A stretch of 64,000 bases of DNA from Eledone cirrhosa (taxonomy: Eukaryota): assembly GCA_964016885.1 (NCBI GenBank), contig OZ024743.1:321036001-321100000 (forward strand), written 5' to 3'. Shown here in pieces: positions 1-12,042 of the stretch. A model generated the notes under the pieces. That model saw only the letters and a list, made by a program, of their open reading frames with translations. It did no database searches and had not been told where the DNA came from. Every line of letters begins with the position of its first letter. Within the stretch, counting starts at the first letter, position 1. A program made the position numbers and the translations under genes.

Positions 1-208
1 AGCAATGCCTGTGCCGTAAAGCTTTTATAGTGAGCAAAGGCACTGCACAAAGCCAGTCTCACTCTCTTAACCAAGATGATATTTACCAAAAAGAAGAACA
101 AGTCAACAGCATTGGATACCATCAGGGTTGCAGGTGTTATATCAGAGTTTTCTTTCTCCTAGAATTCTGCCTTGACAAAGGCTAAGGGGTCATCTCTCCC
201 GGTGACTC

Positions 209-1286
209 TTAATGACCCTTATGTTGTTTATTACATAACAGTGCTTTATTTCTTCCCTTTTGTGGGCAGAAATTGCTTTTATTTCTAACCAGTGATTCGT
301 CTTCAGTGTTGGTGTCGTTGTGGAAGAATTCCGTTAGTCGCAGCTTTCGGCAGTATTCCATGATGTCATCCTTCATTTCGGGGAAGTTTGGTTTACGTGG
401 TGTAGGTGTAAATTTCAGGCCCTTACTTAAAATGTTGATTTGTGTGTTGGTTAGAGGTGTCTTTGAGAGGTTGATTATTTTTGGTTTCTCCTGAGGGGGG
501 GCCATCGAGTATCCTGGTATTTCAGGCTTTTCCCTAAAAAAGGAATGTAATTTTGTGTGTGATTATATTTTGTTGGTCTGTTGCGTGTGGGTCTGTAGCT
601 TGTTGTTTCATGAGGGTGAATGTGATGGTGGGGGTGGTATGTGTTGTGGTTGTTGATGAGCAAGGGTTCTGTTGTTGGTTCATGTGGTCTGGGTGCGTTA
701 TTTCTGTGGTACAGAGTGTTGAGGTTGGGGGGTTGTCTTTTGTTGGATTGAGGGTGATGTCTGGTGTGGTTGTGGGTAAGTTCTGTTGTGATTTAAGTGC
801 ACTAAATCCCTTTCTATCAATCTCCCCTCTCCTACCTACCACATGAAGATATATGTATGTATATTGCTTCCACCCCCTCACTGACCAGCAGCTGGCCATC
901 TGGCCATTGCTAAATTTGACCTATATAAAATAACCCACACCCCCAAATAACTTCTCATTCACTACCAGAAAGGCACCCAGCAGTCAACGAGCTGCTACCA
1001 AGATGAAAACTACTGTGAAATCCCACAATGAATTTTATACTTGAATTTTCAAATCTCAAATTTTAACTCTTATTATTATAAATTTTTCTTAATATTAATC
1101 AACATTTGAAAAGATGGCTTTTGCAGACCCATCGAACCCGGTCATTTTTTATACCCTTTATTATTTCCTTACCTTATAAAATTATATGTTTTTTCACAAA
1201 AAAGTATTCTGTCTATTATATATTCCATGTGCCATTACCAACCTCAATTTTCTCTATAACCTTCGTTTTGTGTAGTAAATTACACT

Positions 1287-1290
<4 letters not shown>
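209..1290 (-). mobile_element. PLE fragment (Neptune-like N-terminal ORF piece) with inverted pseudo-LTR at about 810-1290
   Basis: ORF 209-505(-) reads IINLSKTPLT..LSKGLKFTPTP..YCRKLRL, typical of the region before PLE RT. The + strand segment carries an HHR-like motif and ends in (TA)n at 1291. Confidence 0.7.
1101..1150 (+). ncRNA. Degenerate type-I hammerhead (U3-A8 core)
   Basis: aacat TTGAAAA gatgg..ccatc GAAc ccgg TC atttt. Stem II gatgg/ccatc, palindromic ccgg stem III, GAAA mutated to GAAC, weak stem I. Confidence 0.55.
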
Positions 1291-1380
<90 letters not shown>

Positions 1381-1383
<3 letters not shown>

Positions 1384-3150
1384 TAGACCACTGGAAGGTA
1401 ATATCCGTAGTGCATGTAGTGCATGGGACGAGTTTGGTAGAAGTAGTAACACAACAGTTAGTTCACCATACCGAGAACAATTGTTTCACCTTATGCGGAT
1501 CTTCAGATCGTAATGGTCATGGTTATTCGGGACAGGAAGAACAACCGTATGAACGCGCATGCGCAGAAACGGTCACTTCCCCCAAGCGATACAAAACCAC
1601 GGATGAAAAGTGTAAGGGAGATAACTGCGAAAGTCCGGAAAAGATGTTGATTAGAATATTAGAATGTTGCTGTTATTCAATGTGGAGCTCAGTAGTTATT
1701 CAAGAGGTGTTTCCAGACATGTGGACAACGTGAGAAGATTTCATTTCTTTAATTTAGGCAATCGCTATTGCGTAATCTCTTTAGAATATTTATCCCTTCT
1801 TCAATACACAGTCCACAAGACGGATATCCCCTTGTGTATGGCTTGGACTTAGTGATGGCTTTCCATTGAATGGAGTAGTCTGTACCTGAGTCCTTCAGGA
1901 ACCATACGTGGCTCGCGAGTTTCGTGGTTGATCGTTTATCCGGGTACCTAAAGATCTACTGATGGTTCAGTCAGCGCTCCTTAAATCGGCCCTCCGCCAT
2001 ACCCACCTAGGATTTGACCTCCTGTGGTTGATTTGACCACAGCTTCATAAACTACAGCGGGTGTGTTGCATTGCTATTGAAGGGTACAAGCTTCAGGCTT
2101 TCAGCAAGAGCATCCCGGTGGGGTGCCGCTCTTAGGACTGTCGGTGATTTTGGCCTTCATATTCTTAGCGCACGAGTACCCTAGTGTTACTCTGTGTCTG
2201 TTAAAGATAAAGCGGTATTTGTGACCTATTGGAAAGTGTCTATCTAAGAGGGCTAAACATCTTTTTCCTACATTAGTTTTAACGTTGAGTGAGAAGGGAG
2301 GAGAGAACCAGATAGTTTGTCTATTGTTACACTTTCTTTTCTTTTTGCTGTTGTTGTTAGTGTGTGTGTGTGTGGGGGGGGGGGGGGTAAGTAACAGGTT
2401 GCGAGAAGCCGCTGTTAGCTAACGCCGTGTTGTAGTAGGGTGCCACTCTGTCAAAGATAGCCTTATTAGAGGAGAGGTTTGAGATTCTAGTACTGATATT
2501 ATTTACGAAGTTTCTAAAAACAGTGGGAGGGTGGCATGAGTCCTTGTGAATGTAATTAAGTTTTTCGTTTAGTTTATGGAAGGGTCTGTAGGTGTGTGTG
2601 CGAAGGTCTAAATTAATGTCTAAGAAATCTACGTTAGAGAGGTTGGTAGCTACTGTTATCCTAAGTCCTAACTCATTGAAGGTGGAAGCTAAGTCTTTTT
2701 TAAACCGGTCGAGGTCTTGACCACTTTTATGACTCGATAAGGTCAGTCCATCGTCGCGGTATATTCTCGTGTGGAAGTCCTGCAATCTAACACGTAATAT
2801 GTCTAAAATAAAAAGGCCAAGCAAGTCGCATACGCCAGCACTGTCAAACGATCCCATGGATACGTCGAATAGTTCTGAAGTGGTTGGCTTCTTTGCCCAG
2901 GCTACTCCGTTGTTGAAGAGGAGGGTTTTCCGGCAGTGAGCGATGATCTCCCTGTCTAAAACATGGACGTTAGTGTAATGGCAGCAAAGTCCAACGCTTT
3001 GTTTAATAGGGTCTCTGAGATCGACGGGTAAAAGTCTACAATATCGAATTGCGTGAACTTGGCTTTTTTGGAGTTGAAGGAGTTAAACCACTTAATGACG
3101 GAGTCGCTGTTCTCCCAGTGGGACAGGTTAGACTTGGTCCTAATGTTTTA
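1381..3150 (-). mobile_element. 5'-truncated, frameshifted PLE (YRDD RT + CxC linker + GIY-YIG; Hydra-like) with 3' pLTR
   Basis: ORF 2357-2857 MGSFDSA..IYRDDGL..VDFLDINLDL. Closely similar to the copy at 10495-11728. HHR near the 3' end, which abuts (GA)n(TA)n. Confidence 0.85.
1471..1510 (-). ncRNA. Minimal type-I hammerhead
   Basis: Reverse strand: cgat CTGAAGA tcc gcataa ggt GAAA caattg TT ctcg; palindromic stem III. Confidence 0.65.
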
Positions 3151-3635
3151 ACTATATTTCTAAATATGGCCTTTTTAAATATTTTCTGCTAAATACTTAC
3201 AGAATGTTAGGCGTTAGTTATAATATATTTCGGTGTGAACAGCAATAACAACAAAAGAAATACGATAATATACTGTGCAATGGAGCGAATAATTGTCTAA
3301 CTACATACAATTCAACAGTAAGCTAGGCGAAGGCTTTGTAAATCTCTGGCAATATATCTTGTTTTCCAGAAGTATTTAACACTGTGACATTTCTTTTCTT
3401 ATATATAGGTGCAATGAGTAATGAAAATTAAAAGGAAAAAATAACCTGTTTTTAACTTTGAGTCAGATAAAAAGTGACCGATAAATTTCAACGTTTCAAG
3501 CAATGCTTAAAGAAACAAGAAATATATTCTTAATTCTGTCCTAAATTCTCTCTCTTTTCCTTTCTCTCTCCCTCTGCCTATCTCTCTCCCTTTATGTACG
3601 TATACATATGGGAGGGATGTGCGAGCGTATATCTA

Positions 3636-3698
<63 letters not shown>

Positions 3699-3885
3699 AA
3701 TAAGAGAGACGGTTTTATTCGTACATTTTCATTCTATTAACTAATTCCATTATACGTATTTCAAAGATGTAAACTTGACGTATTATAAAAAAAAACAACT
3801 TAGAAAGCTTTATGAATATTAGGAAAATATGGTTCAGTGACTAATGACGCAAAATTTACCAAGCACGCCGTGTTTGGTATTGTAT

Positions 3886-4048
3886 AAGGTGGTAGATTGG
3901 CAGAGAGTCGTTAGAATCTCGGATAGAATGCTCTGCACTATTCCTTTCGGCTCTCTGCTCACTCAGTTCAAATCCCGCTGAGGACAAAATTACCTTTCAT
4001 CCTTTCCAAGTCTATAAAATACTACCTGTCTAGTACTGGAGTCGATTC
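3886..4048 (+). mobile_element. Degenerate tRNA-related SINE (octopus-type)
   Basis: ggtggtagattggcagagagtcgttag..gttcaaatcccgc..cctttcatcctt..gtactggagtcgat. B-box-like gttcaaatccc; similar to 5092-5278(-) and 20470-20551. Confidence 0.6.
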
Positions 4049-5091
4049 TTCCTCCATATCCCTTTCTCAATTCCATTCTGATTCTCTCTATCCTTCTCTG
4101 GAAGAGACCTGCTGTATTCAGACCTGGAGAGGGATGGGCTGTGTCAGGTTTTAAAATGCCCAAGAAACTCCGTATGACAATGTCAATATGGTGCCCATAC
4201 GACACCTTCACGAGATACGGTATCATGAATGCATATATATAAAACACCTGACATCTCACCAACCAATTTGTCCGAAATAATCACTACAACTACAACACCT
4301 TATGATGCACACAAACAAATCCTGCTACCAAAACATTAAGGATAACAGATGAAAGAACCCTACATACATACCTCACCACGTTAGCTACAACACTGTCACC
4401 AAGCATTAACTTTTGATCCCTCCTACACCAAGCTATCACTAGTATTTTACACCCCCTCCCTCCGATTACAAAACCTTAACATTGTGACACATTTATCATC
4501 AAAAATCAAATCAAAACCACTTTCACAAACCTCAAAACACACAATGGTACCAGTTATACAAGGGATTAAACATTCAACAACACACTAGACACTACTAGAA
4601 GTACATTCAACAAAATAATCATAGACTATCTCTTAAGACACAATAGAAAATACAATCCCTACATAAACAACAAAAATTAGATAATCTGAAAAGATATTGG
4701 AATGAGAGACAAATAGAAGGATTCAACAGCATACGCAAGAGACATTAAACCCAGTACTAAATAATTAGACAAAGATATAACAAAAAAGTAGGAATCGTAA
4801 AAATACAAAAAAACGGCAAACATTTGTAGCCAACATACACTCCCTTCCTCTCCCACAAAAGAGGACTAAAACACCATGTACAATATATAGCAACAAAAAC
4901 AAAATCAACAAAGGCCACATCATACCCCATAACATAACCCTCAAATAATATTCCCAGATTTTAGTACCAAGCCGACGTCCTTTTAAGGTTTATCTCGAGT
5001 GCCAACCATCAAAGAAAACACTCTGAAAAATACACACTCCGATGATATTTATCCTTTGCTTCTACAATTTACCTAAAAAGTAATAATCCTT

Positions 5092-5278
5092 TCTAATATT
5101 TGTACAATGTCAGCAATCTGGGGAAACGTAACATCGATTATATCGACTCCAGTTCTTTAATGGTATTTTATTTTATGGACCCCGGGAGGCTAAAAAGCAA
5201 TGTTGACTTCGGTTAGATTTCAAGTTCTGCTAAGCATTTGTCCAATGTTCTAGCGCCTCAGCCACTCCACTGCCCTTA
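5092..5278 (-). mobile_element. Degenerate SINE, same family, reverse orientation
   Basis: atcgactccag..ttttatggacccc..ttgacttcgg..gctaagcatttgtcc is the reverse complement of the SINE body. Confidence 0.55.
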
Positions 5279-5559
5279 CCTAAAAAGATATAAAGAAATC
5301 GAAATATCCCAAAGCCTTATGACCTGCTAAATCAATAAGCATACATTTGAAAAGCTTAGGGTCTGAATTAATCATTGTACCCACCAGTATCTACAACTAC
5401 TACTAAATTATGACCTTCTAAAACCACAAACATACATACGAAAAGCCTGGGGTGTAAATGTATTACTGTACCCACAAGTATCTATAACTATTCATACCAA
5501 AATCATCAAATATCTAGAAAGCAATTCTAAAGGGCAGCAACAGCCCTAGTGAATGAACA

Positions 5560-6710
5560 GATCCAGCATGATCCTTTGCACACTCTCAAACATATTAGAA
5601 AGACCCATCTTTGGTATCACTAAACTCACATTCACAACTCACCATTCAAATTCAAATCACAAGACTCTACTTATGAAATAAAACAGTTGTTTGCTGTTAT
5701 GCTCATATCATGTGGAATTGACGAAGCTCATCTACTCTGGTAGGAGTACAAAATAATATCTCGGAAGACTATCTATACTTAGGTCGAAGACATGATGACA
5801 ATATGTATACGGAATGATCTCTCAGGATTTACAATCAAGCTTTGTGGGACCTGTCCCATTAAGTTGAGGCAATGAATAGCACATTAGCTAACTGTGGGAT
5901 GCCATAGCCATATGAAGAAATGGAAGTAACCTAAGAAATGTTTGAGGAAACAAATTATGATATTCAAACCCTTCGTAAGTTTGTGGATGAAAATAGACTT
6001 TTTGAAAAATACTCCAAAGACAAGATTCAGATATCCTTTGGGCATATCATTAAAACAGAACAAGAACTGACTTCCAGAATCTTTCCAAACATTCAGATCA
6101 GATAATGTAATCCCAAATGGTTCTGAGAACGAGCAATCTTAGCATTAAAAATGTTACAGTGAAAGAAATCAACATGATACCGCGAGAGAAAAGATGTTAC
6201 AAATAAGTAGACAGTCACTTCCCAGGACCAAGTGGTAAACTATGCAATTGAATTTTTTAACAGCATTGACTGACTCGAATTTCTCCACAATATCTGATAC
6301 TCAAATTTGAAGCATCGGTTATGTTACTTCGTATTCTATATCATCCAAAACTTTGCAAAGTCAAAGATTCATCATCAAAAATATAATGCCCCATGTCCTA
6401 GAAGTCACAATCCTGTCAGGAAAATTTGCTGGTGTTAATTGTTTTATTCCCAGAATACCTCTGAAGAAAAGAGGTTTGACATTTGAATTTCAAAGGCTAC
6501 AATTTACTATCAGACTCAGTTTTGTCATGATCATTAATAAATCTCAATGGTAATCATTGAAAGTCGTTGGGTTAAATCTGACAAATCCTGTCATTTCACA
6601 TGGTTAGCTTTATGTTGATAAACAAGAGTTGGAAACCCTCATTGTATCTTCATTGTAGCACAACAGGGCAAAAACCAAGAATGTTGTTTATGCATATGCT
6701 TTGGAATGAA
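5560..6710 (+). pseudogene. Helitron-type Pif1-like helicase remnant
   Basis: Disrupted frames give ERAILA, VMLLR, FIPRIPL, FQRLQFTIRLSFVMIINKSQ, SLKVVGLNL, SHG.LYV and NVVY, which are C-terminal Pif1/Helitron helicase motifs. A possible 3' hairpin (acccgagcattgccgggt) lies at about 7740. Confidence 0.8.
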
Positions 6711-7085
6711 CAAGTGTATATACTAGACAATATCGTAATTCCTACTCAATGACAATACACATAGATCTTAATTACTTTGTCATATAGTTTCTAAGCAATT
6801 CTGAAGTCCCAACTTTACTGCATAGTGTTACTTTTGGAGAATACGGAGGTATCCCTAGGTATATCTGCTATATAAAGTAGTGTGAGTGAGATATTTGAGT
6901 GGTAGCTAGACATGTTATAAATAGCAGTCAAATAATTCCCTTCAAATCCAACCTTACGATTTCATGTATGTGTACGTATGAAGCAAAAGGAAAGGTTCTA
7001 TGTGATAAAATGATCTACTAGAAATATTAACAAAATCACTCTCAAATCAGTCAACTGTCATACACACACGCACACGCACACATGT

Positions 7086-7162
7086 GTATGTATGTATGTA
7101 TGTATGTATGTATGTATGTATGTATGTATGTATGTATGTATGTATGTATGTATGTATGTATG
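7086..7162. repeat. (TATG)n microsatellite
   Basis: Direct reading. Confidence 0.95.
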
Positions 7163-8523
7163 TCAGGGGAGCCACTATGATTGTTTGTATACCTGATAGA
7201 AATAGAAAATGAATCTTCCTTAAATACGATTCTACTGTCTTTGAAGCAAAAGTGGATGAAAGCTACAGTGTAAAAATCTAGGTACACTTTCCTGAATTAC
7301 AGACATGAATAGGTAGATGTTTCATAAAAGTTTATTCATGAGCCAGTGCTAACTGTATTTATCGTTTTATTTTATTTATGATTTTCAAAATAACCTTCAG
7401 GTATTTTCTTTTGAATTTCTCATGTTCTGATTGTGCAAAGAAGTTGAAGATAAACAAAACATTGTAAATTTATTTCTAGGCCATACCTATTTCACTGACA
7501 ACATACCTAATGATCCATCTGTGGGCGAAGCATAATATATGCTGACTGTAAATGGTAGTAGTATTCAAAACAACACCGCTGAACAAAACTAATAAAACAT
7601 TTATCCAGATGATCTGCGTTGAACAAGCCACAATATAAATTCAGCTTTAATTCGTACTTCCATGAAAATAGTGTAGTCCTATCTTATTGGTAAAATATTT
7701 TGCAATATGTGCCAAAATATATTGTTACTTTCATAAAATACCCGAGCATTGCCGGGTAACTCGACAAGTACCTACATATAAGTATATATTCGCCGAGAAG
7801 AGGTCATGAAATTCTAGAAACTTACAAAAATCATCAATTGTAATATACTAAAAATAGGTGTCGAGAAAAATGTCTATAATACATACATAAATATATATAT
7901 ATGTTCATATGTGTCTGTGTGTTTGTGAAATGGTGAAAGAAGGAGAAAAAATACAAAGAAGTGCTTAACAATACACAGTCTACATATTATAGACATGGAT
8001 CATTTCAGAAACGATATAGTTTGATTGGTTGAATTATACACAAAATCAATTGCCTACCTCAAACAAAACTTGTATTTCCAGAGACAGCGATAAGGTAAGA
8101 CATACATTGATGCTTCTCTAATATTGTATTGTTGCACTCTGAATATTTGTATTGTGTTTATTAATATATGTAATATATCCTATATATATATGATATATTA
8201 CATATATATATATATGTATATTTATGTGTATATATATATGTATAAATATATGTGTATATTTATGAGTGTATGTATGTACATATTTGTATGAGTGGCCGTA
8301 CGTATGTAAGCGTATGTTTGTGTGTACGGGCGTTTATATGTATATGCGTATATGTGTATGTATGTGTATGTGTGTGTATGTGTATATATATATAGAATAT
8401 TTACGTATCGAGAGAGAGAAAAGGAGGGATAGGTGATACATGTAGTTATTTGCCAATAGCGAATGCAAAGGGTGCTTAATACTAGTCCCGGCAATGTTAA
8501 ATATTAGAAGTGCTAATATCTAG

Positions 8524-10490
8524 TGGGCGAGAGAATTATCAGAGCGTAAGCACGTGGAGAAGTAAGATACAGGAGAACAGACCGTTAAAACATGTTTATT
8601 TAAAATAGCCCCTACGTACGTTTCGCCCGAATGGGCTTCTCAAGGACATAATAACTAAAAAGCGTTCCTTACATAACCCGAATGGGTTTTTAGAGATAAG
8701 TTCACGTCAGAGTTCATTCTTCGTAAAAAATAACATATATTGATTTTGCAGTAGTTCAAGGGAGATAAATCTGGCCGGTGTTAGGGAAGTCTTCTCGACC
8801 AAATTTGTTATCCGATACAAGCATGTGGTTACTACCTTACCATTGCCGATAGGCACAGGGTCAGGTATGCAACGTTTGTTTCGTGACGTTCGTTTGCTGC
8901 GCCTTCCCGCCTGGGTCGATTCATGCCGCGTCTGGGATGCATGGTTAGTTTCCGGATGTTTTTAGCAGCACCTGCCCGCCGGCGTGTTAAACTTGGTACA
9001 GGGAGACCCGGTTTACGGTTTCACTCCTCGTTCTTATTCCATCTGAAGTAGGATATTTTTAAGCGGTGTGTACAGTTTATCATCGTTTCAGCTCTGCTGT
9101 TGATGAGCTCGTGGGGTGCCGTTATGATGTGGTAGAGCTCCATGAAGCAAAGCTCGCACTTCCTCTTGAAATTGTACGGTGCGCCCTGTCGACAATTTCC
9201 CGGTACGTGGAGAAGCTTATGTTTAAGTCTGTTAATGCTGTGATGTAGTTCGCGAGCGAAGTAGAGTGTCTTAATTTCTTATTAGCGAAAGAGTGGAGAT
9301 GTGTTCGAAATCTAATTTTGAACGGGCCAGAGGTAGCCCCTATATAATGTTTAACGCTATTATGGCTAGTTACGGTGACCCTATATATAACCCTATCAGT
9401 CAAGCAGTTTCCCCTAAGGGGACAGCATCCCCTGTCTCGGCAGTTGCAATTTCCGTCGCGGTCCCTTCTAGTTCCCACGGTAAGGCTATTATTATTGCTA
9501 TCTACGTTGTTACCTATGCTCCCACATCTGTCATTAGCCCCATTATAACCCACTGCGTGCGGGGTGGTACCATTATTAATCCGCACGCAGCAGCGTCTTC
9601 CGTTGCCGCCAGGTGACCCGTGTGGGTCACCTGCACATTCCCCAGTCATGTCGCGGTTATGTTGGTTGTGTCTGTAGAGGCTGTTGCCAGCACTAGTGGA
9701 TGTTGCTAGGGAGTTGTTAAGGCCGATATAGTTGTTGTCAGGTGTAGGTGCGTCTGTGCTAAGGTGCTGTGTCTTGGTGATCTTACTGTGATTTATTGTT
9801 TCTATGATGTCTGCTAGGCTAGGAGTAGTAGAGAAGGATATTTTTATATTGTTCCTATTAAGGATTTTCCTATACCTATGGTTGGGTGGGAAGTTCTTCT
9901 CTAAAGCTTCGATGAATATCCGGGGTATGTTGGAGGCCACACTCGGTGAGTAGGGGGGATGGAACCATAGGGCGTTACGGTGGCGAGTACGTGTGTTAGT
10001 ACGTTTGCTACTGGTAGTGCTATCAGGGTGACCGTTCTTATGCATGTTAATGCGCTGTAGCCCGTTACGTGTCCCTTTCGCTTTATGCTCGGGTGCACTC
10101 TTCTTCCTTCTGCTATGTTTATGTATAGGAAGATGTTGGTTGGAAGGCGTTGGTAGTAGGCCGTCGCCTTTGTTGATGTTTAAGTCTTTTAATGTTGATG
10201 AGCTCGGGAAATTGTCGGCAGGGCTGCACCGTACAACTTCAAGAGGAAGTGAGAGCTTTGCCTGATGGAGCTCTACCACATCATAACGGCACTCCACGAG
10301 CTCATCAACAGCAGAGCTGAAACGACGATAAGCTGTGCACACCGGTTAAAAATATCCTACTTCAGATGGAATAAGAACGAAGAGTGAAACCGTAAACCGT
10401 GTCTCCCTGCACCAAGCTTTAACATCCCGGTGGGCAGGCGCTGCTAAAAACATCCGGAAACTAACCATGCATCCCAGAAACGGCTTTGTA
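8524..10490 (-). mobile_element. 5'-truncated PLE (linker + GIY-YIG) with inverted copy of its own 3' part
   Basis: LWFHPPYS, CNCRDRGCCPLRGNC, VIYRVTV..HYIGATSGPFKIRF. 10195-10490 is the reverse complement of about 8935-9230. Confidence 0.85.
8605..8650 (-). ncRNA. Type-I hammerhead, U3-A8 variant
   Basis: Reverse strand: gtcc TTGAGAA gccc attc gggc GAAA cgtacg TA gggg. Confidence 0.75.
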
Positions 10491-10494
10491 ATTA

Positions 10495-11728
10495 TGTAAG
10501 AGGTGTTTCCAGACGTGTGGACAACGTGTGAAGAATTCACTACTTGAATTTAGGCAATCGCTATTGCATAATCGATTTAGAATATTTATTCGTTCATCAA
10601 TACATAGTCCACACGAGGGATTGCCCCTTGCGTATGGCTTGGAATTAGTGATGGCTTTCCATTGAATGTAGTCTGTACCTGAGTCCTTGAGGGACCATAC
10701 GTGGCGCCGAGTTTCGTGGATGATCTTTTATCCGAGTAGCTAAAGGTCTACTGATGGTTCAGGAAGCGCTCTTTAAATCGGCCCTCCGCCATACCCACAT
10801 AGGATTTGACCTCCTGTGGTTGATTTGGTCGGTTGGAAGTGACCACAGCTTCATAAACTACAGCGGGTGTGTTGCATTGCTGTTGAATGGGACAAGCTTC
10901 GTGTTTACGGCAAGAGCACCCTGGTGGGGTGTTGCTCTTAGGGATGTTGGTGATGTGGGCCTTCATATTCTTAGCGCAGGAGTATCCTAGTGTTACTTTG
11001 TGTCGGTTAAAGATGGAGCGGTATTTATGACCTATAGGAAAGTGTATATCTAAGAGGGCTAGAAACTTTTTGCCTACATTGGTTTTAACGTTGAGTGAGA
11101 AGGGAGGAGAGAACCAGATAATTTGTCTATTGTTACGCTTTATTTTCTTATTGCTGTTGATGATAGTGGGAGAGTAAGTGATAGGTTGCGAGAAGCCGCT
11201 GTTAGCTAACGCCGTGTTATAGTAGGGTGCCGCTCTGTCAAAGATAGCCTTATTAGAGGAGAGGTTTGAGATTCTAGTACTGATATTATTTACGAAGTTT
11301 CTAAAAACAGTGGGAGGGTGGCATGAGTCCTTGTGAATGTAATTGAGTTTTTTGTGAAGCTTATGGAAGGGTCTGTAGGTGTGTGTGCGAAGGTCTAAGT
11401 TAATGTCTAAGAAATCTACGCTAGAGAGGTTGGTAGCTACTGTTATCCTAAGTCCTAACTCATTAAAGGTAGAAGCTAAGTCTTTTTTAAATCGGTTCAG
11501 GTCGTGACCACTTTTATGACTCGATAAGGTCAGTCCATCGTCGCGGTATATTCCCGTGTAGAAGTCCGGGAATCTAACACGTAATATGTCTAAAATAAAA
11601 AGGCCAAGCAAGTCGCATACGTCAGCACTGTCAAACGATCCCATGGATACGTCGAATAGTTCTGAAGTGGTTGACTTCTTTGCCCAGGCTACTCTGTTGT
11701 TGAAGAGGAGGGTTTCCGGAAGTGAGCG
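10495..11728 (-). mobile_element. PLE fragment (RT C-terminal half + GIY-YIG), same family as 1381-3150
   Basis: 298-aa ORF 10748-11644: YRDD, WFSPPFS, CSCRKHEACP, VVYEA..YVGMAEGRFKERF. Lacks a 3' pLTR. Confidence 0.9.
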
Positions 11729-11729
11729 A

Positions 11730-11733
11730 TGAA

Positions 11734-11764
<31 letters not shown>

Positions 11765-11991
11765 GGAGAGAGCGGGAGATTGTAGGGGTAGGGGAATGAG
11801 AGTGAGTGGTTTGAAGAATACAGATAGCTTAATCTAAATGTTGTGATAGGGTCCAACAAGTGGTTTTATTATACTGCTTACTCTCAAAGTGACAACTTAG
11901 GCATTGTGTTGATATTGTCAAGATGGGAATTATTTATTGCCACAGAGAGCAGGTTAATAGATGTGGAGAAGGAGGGAGATAGACAGAGGGC

Positions 11992-12042
<51 letters not shown>

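Noticed and set aside
4250-5040. A/C-rich stretch resembling a decayed LINE ORF
   Set aside because: No diagnostic motif could be read with confidence.
9122-10342. 406-aa ORF as an intact gene
   Set aside because: The first 50 or so residues come from the inverted duplication, the end is frameshifted, and the RT core is absent.
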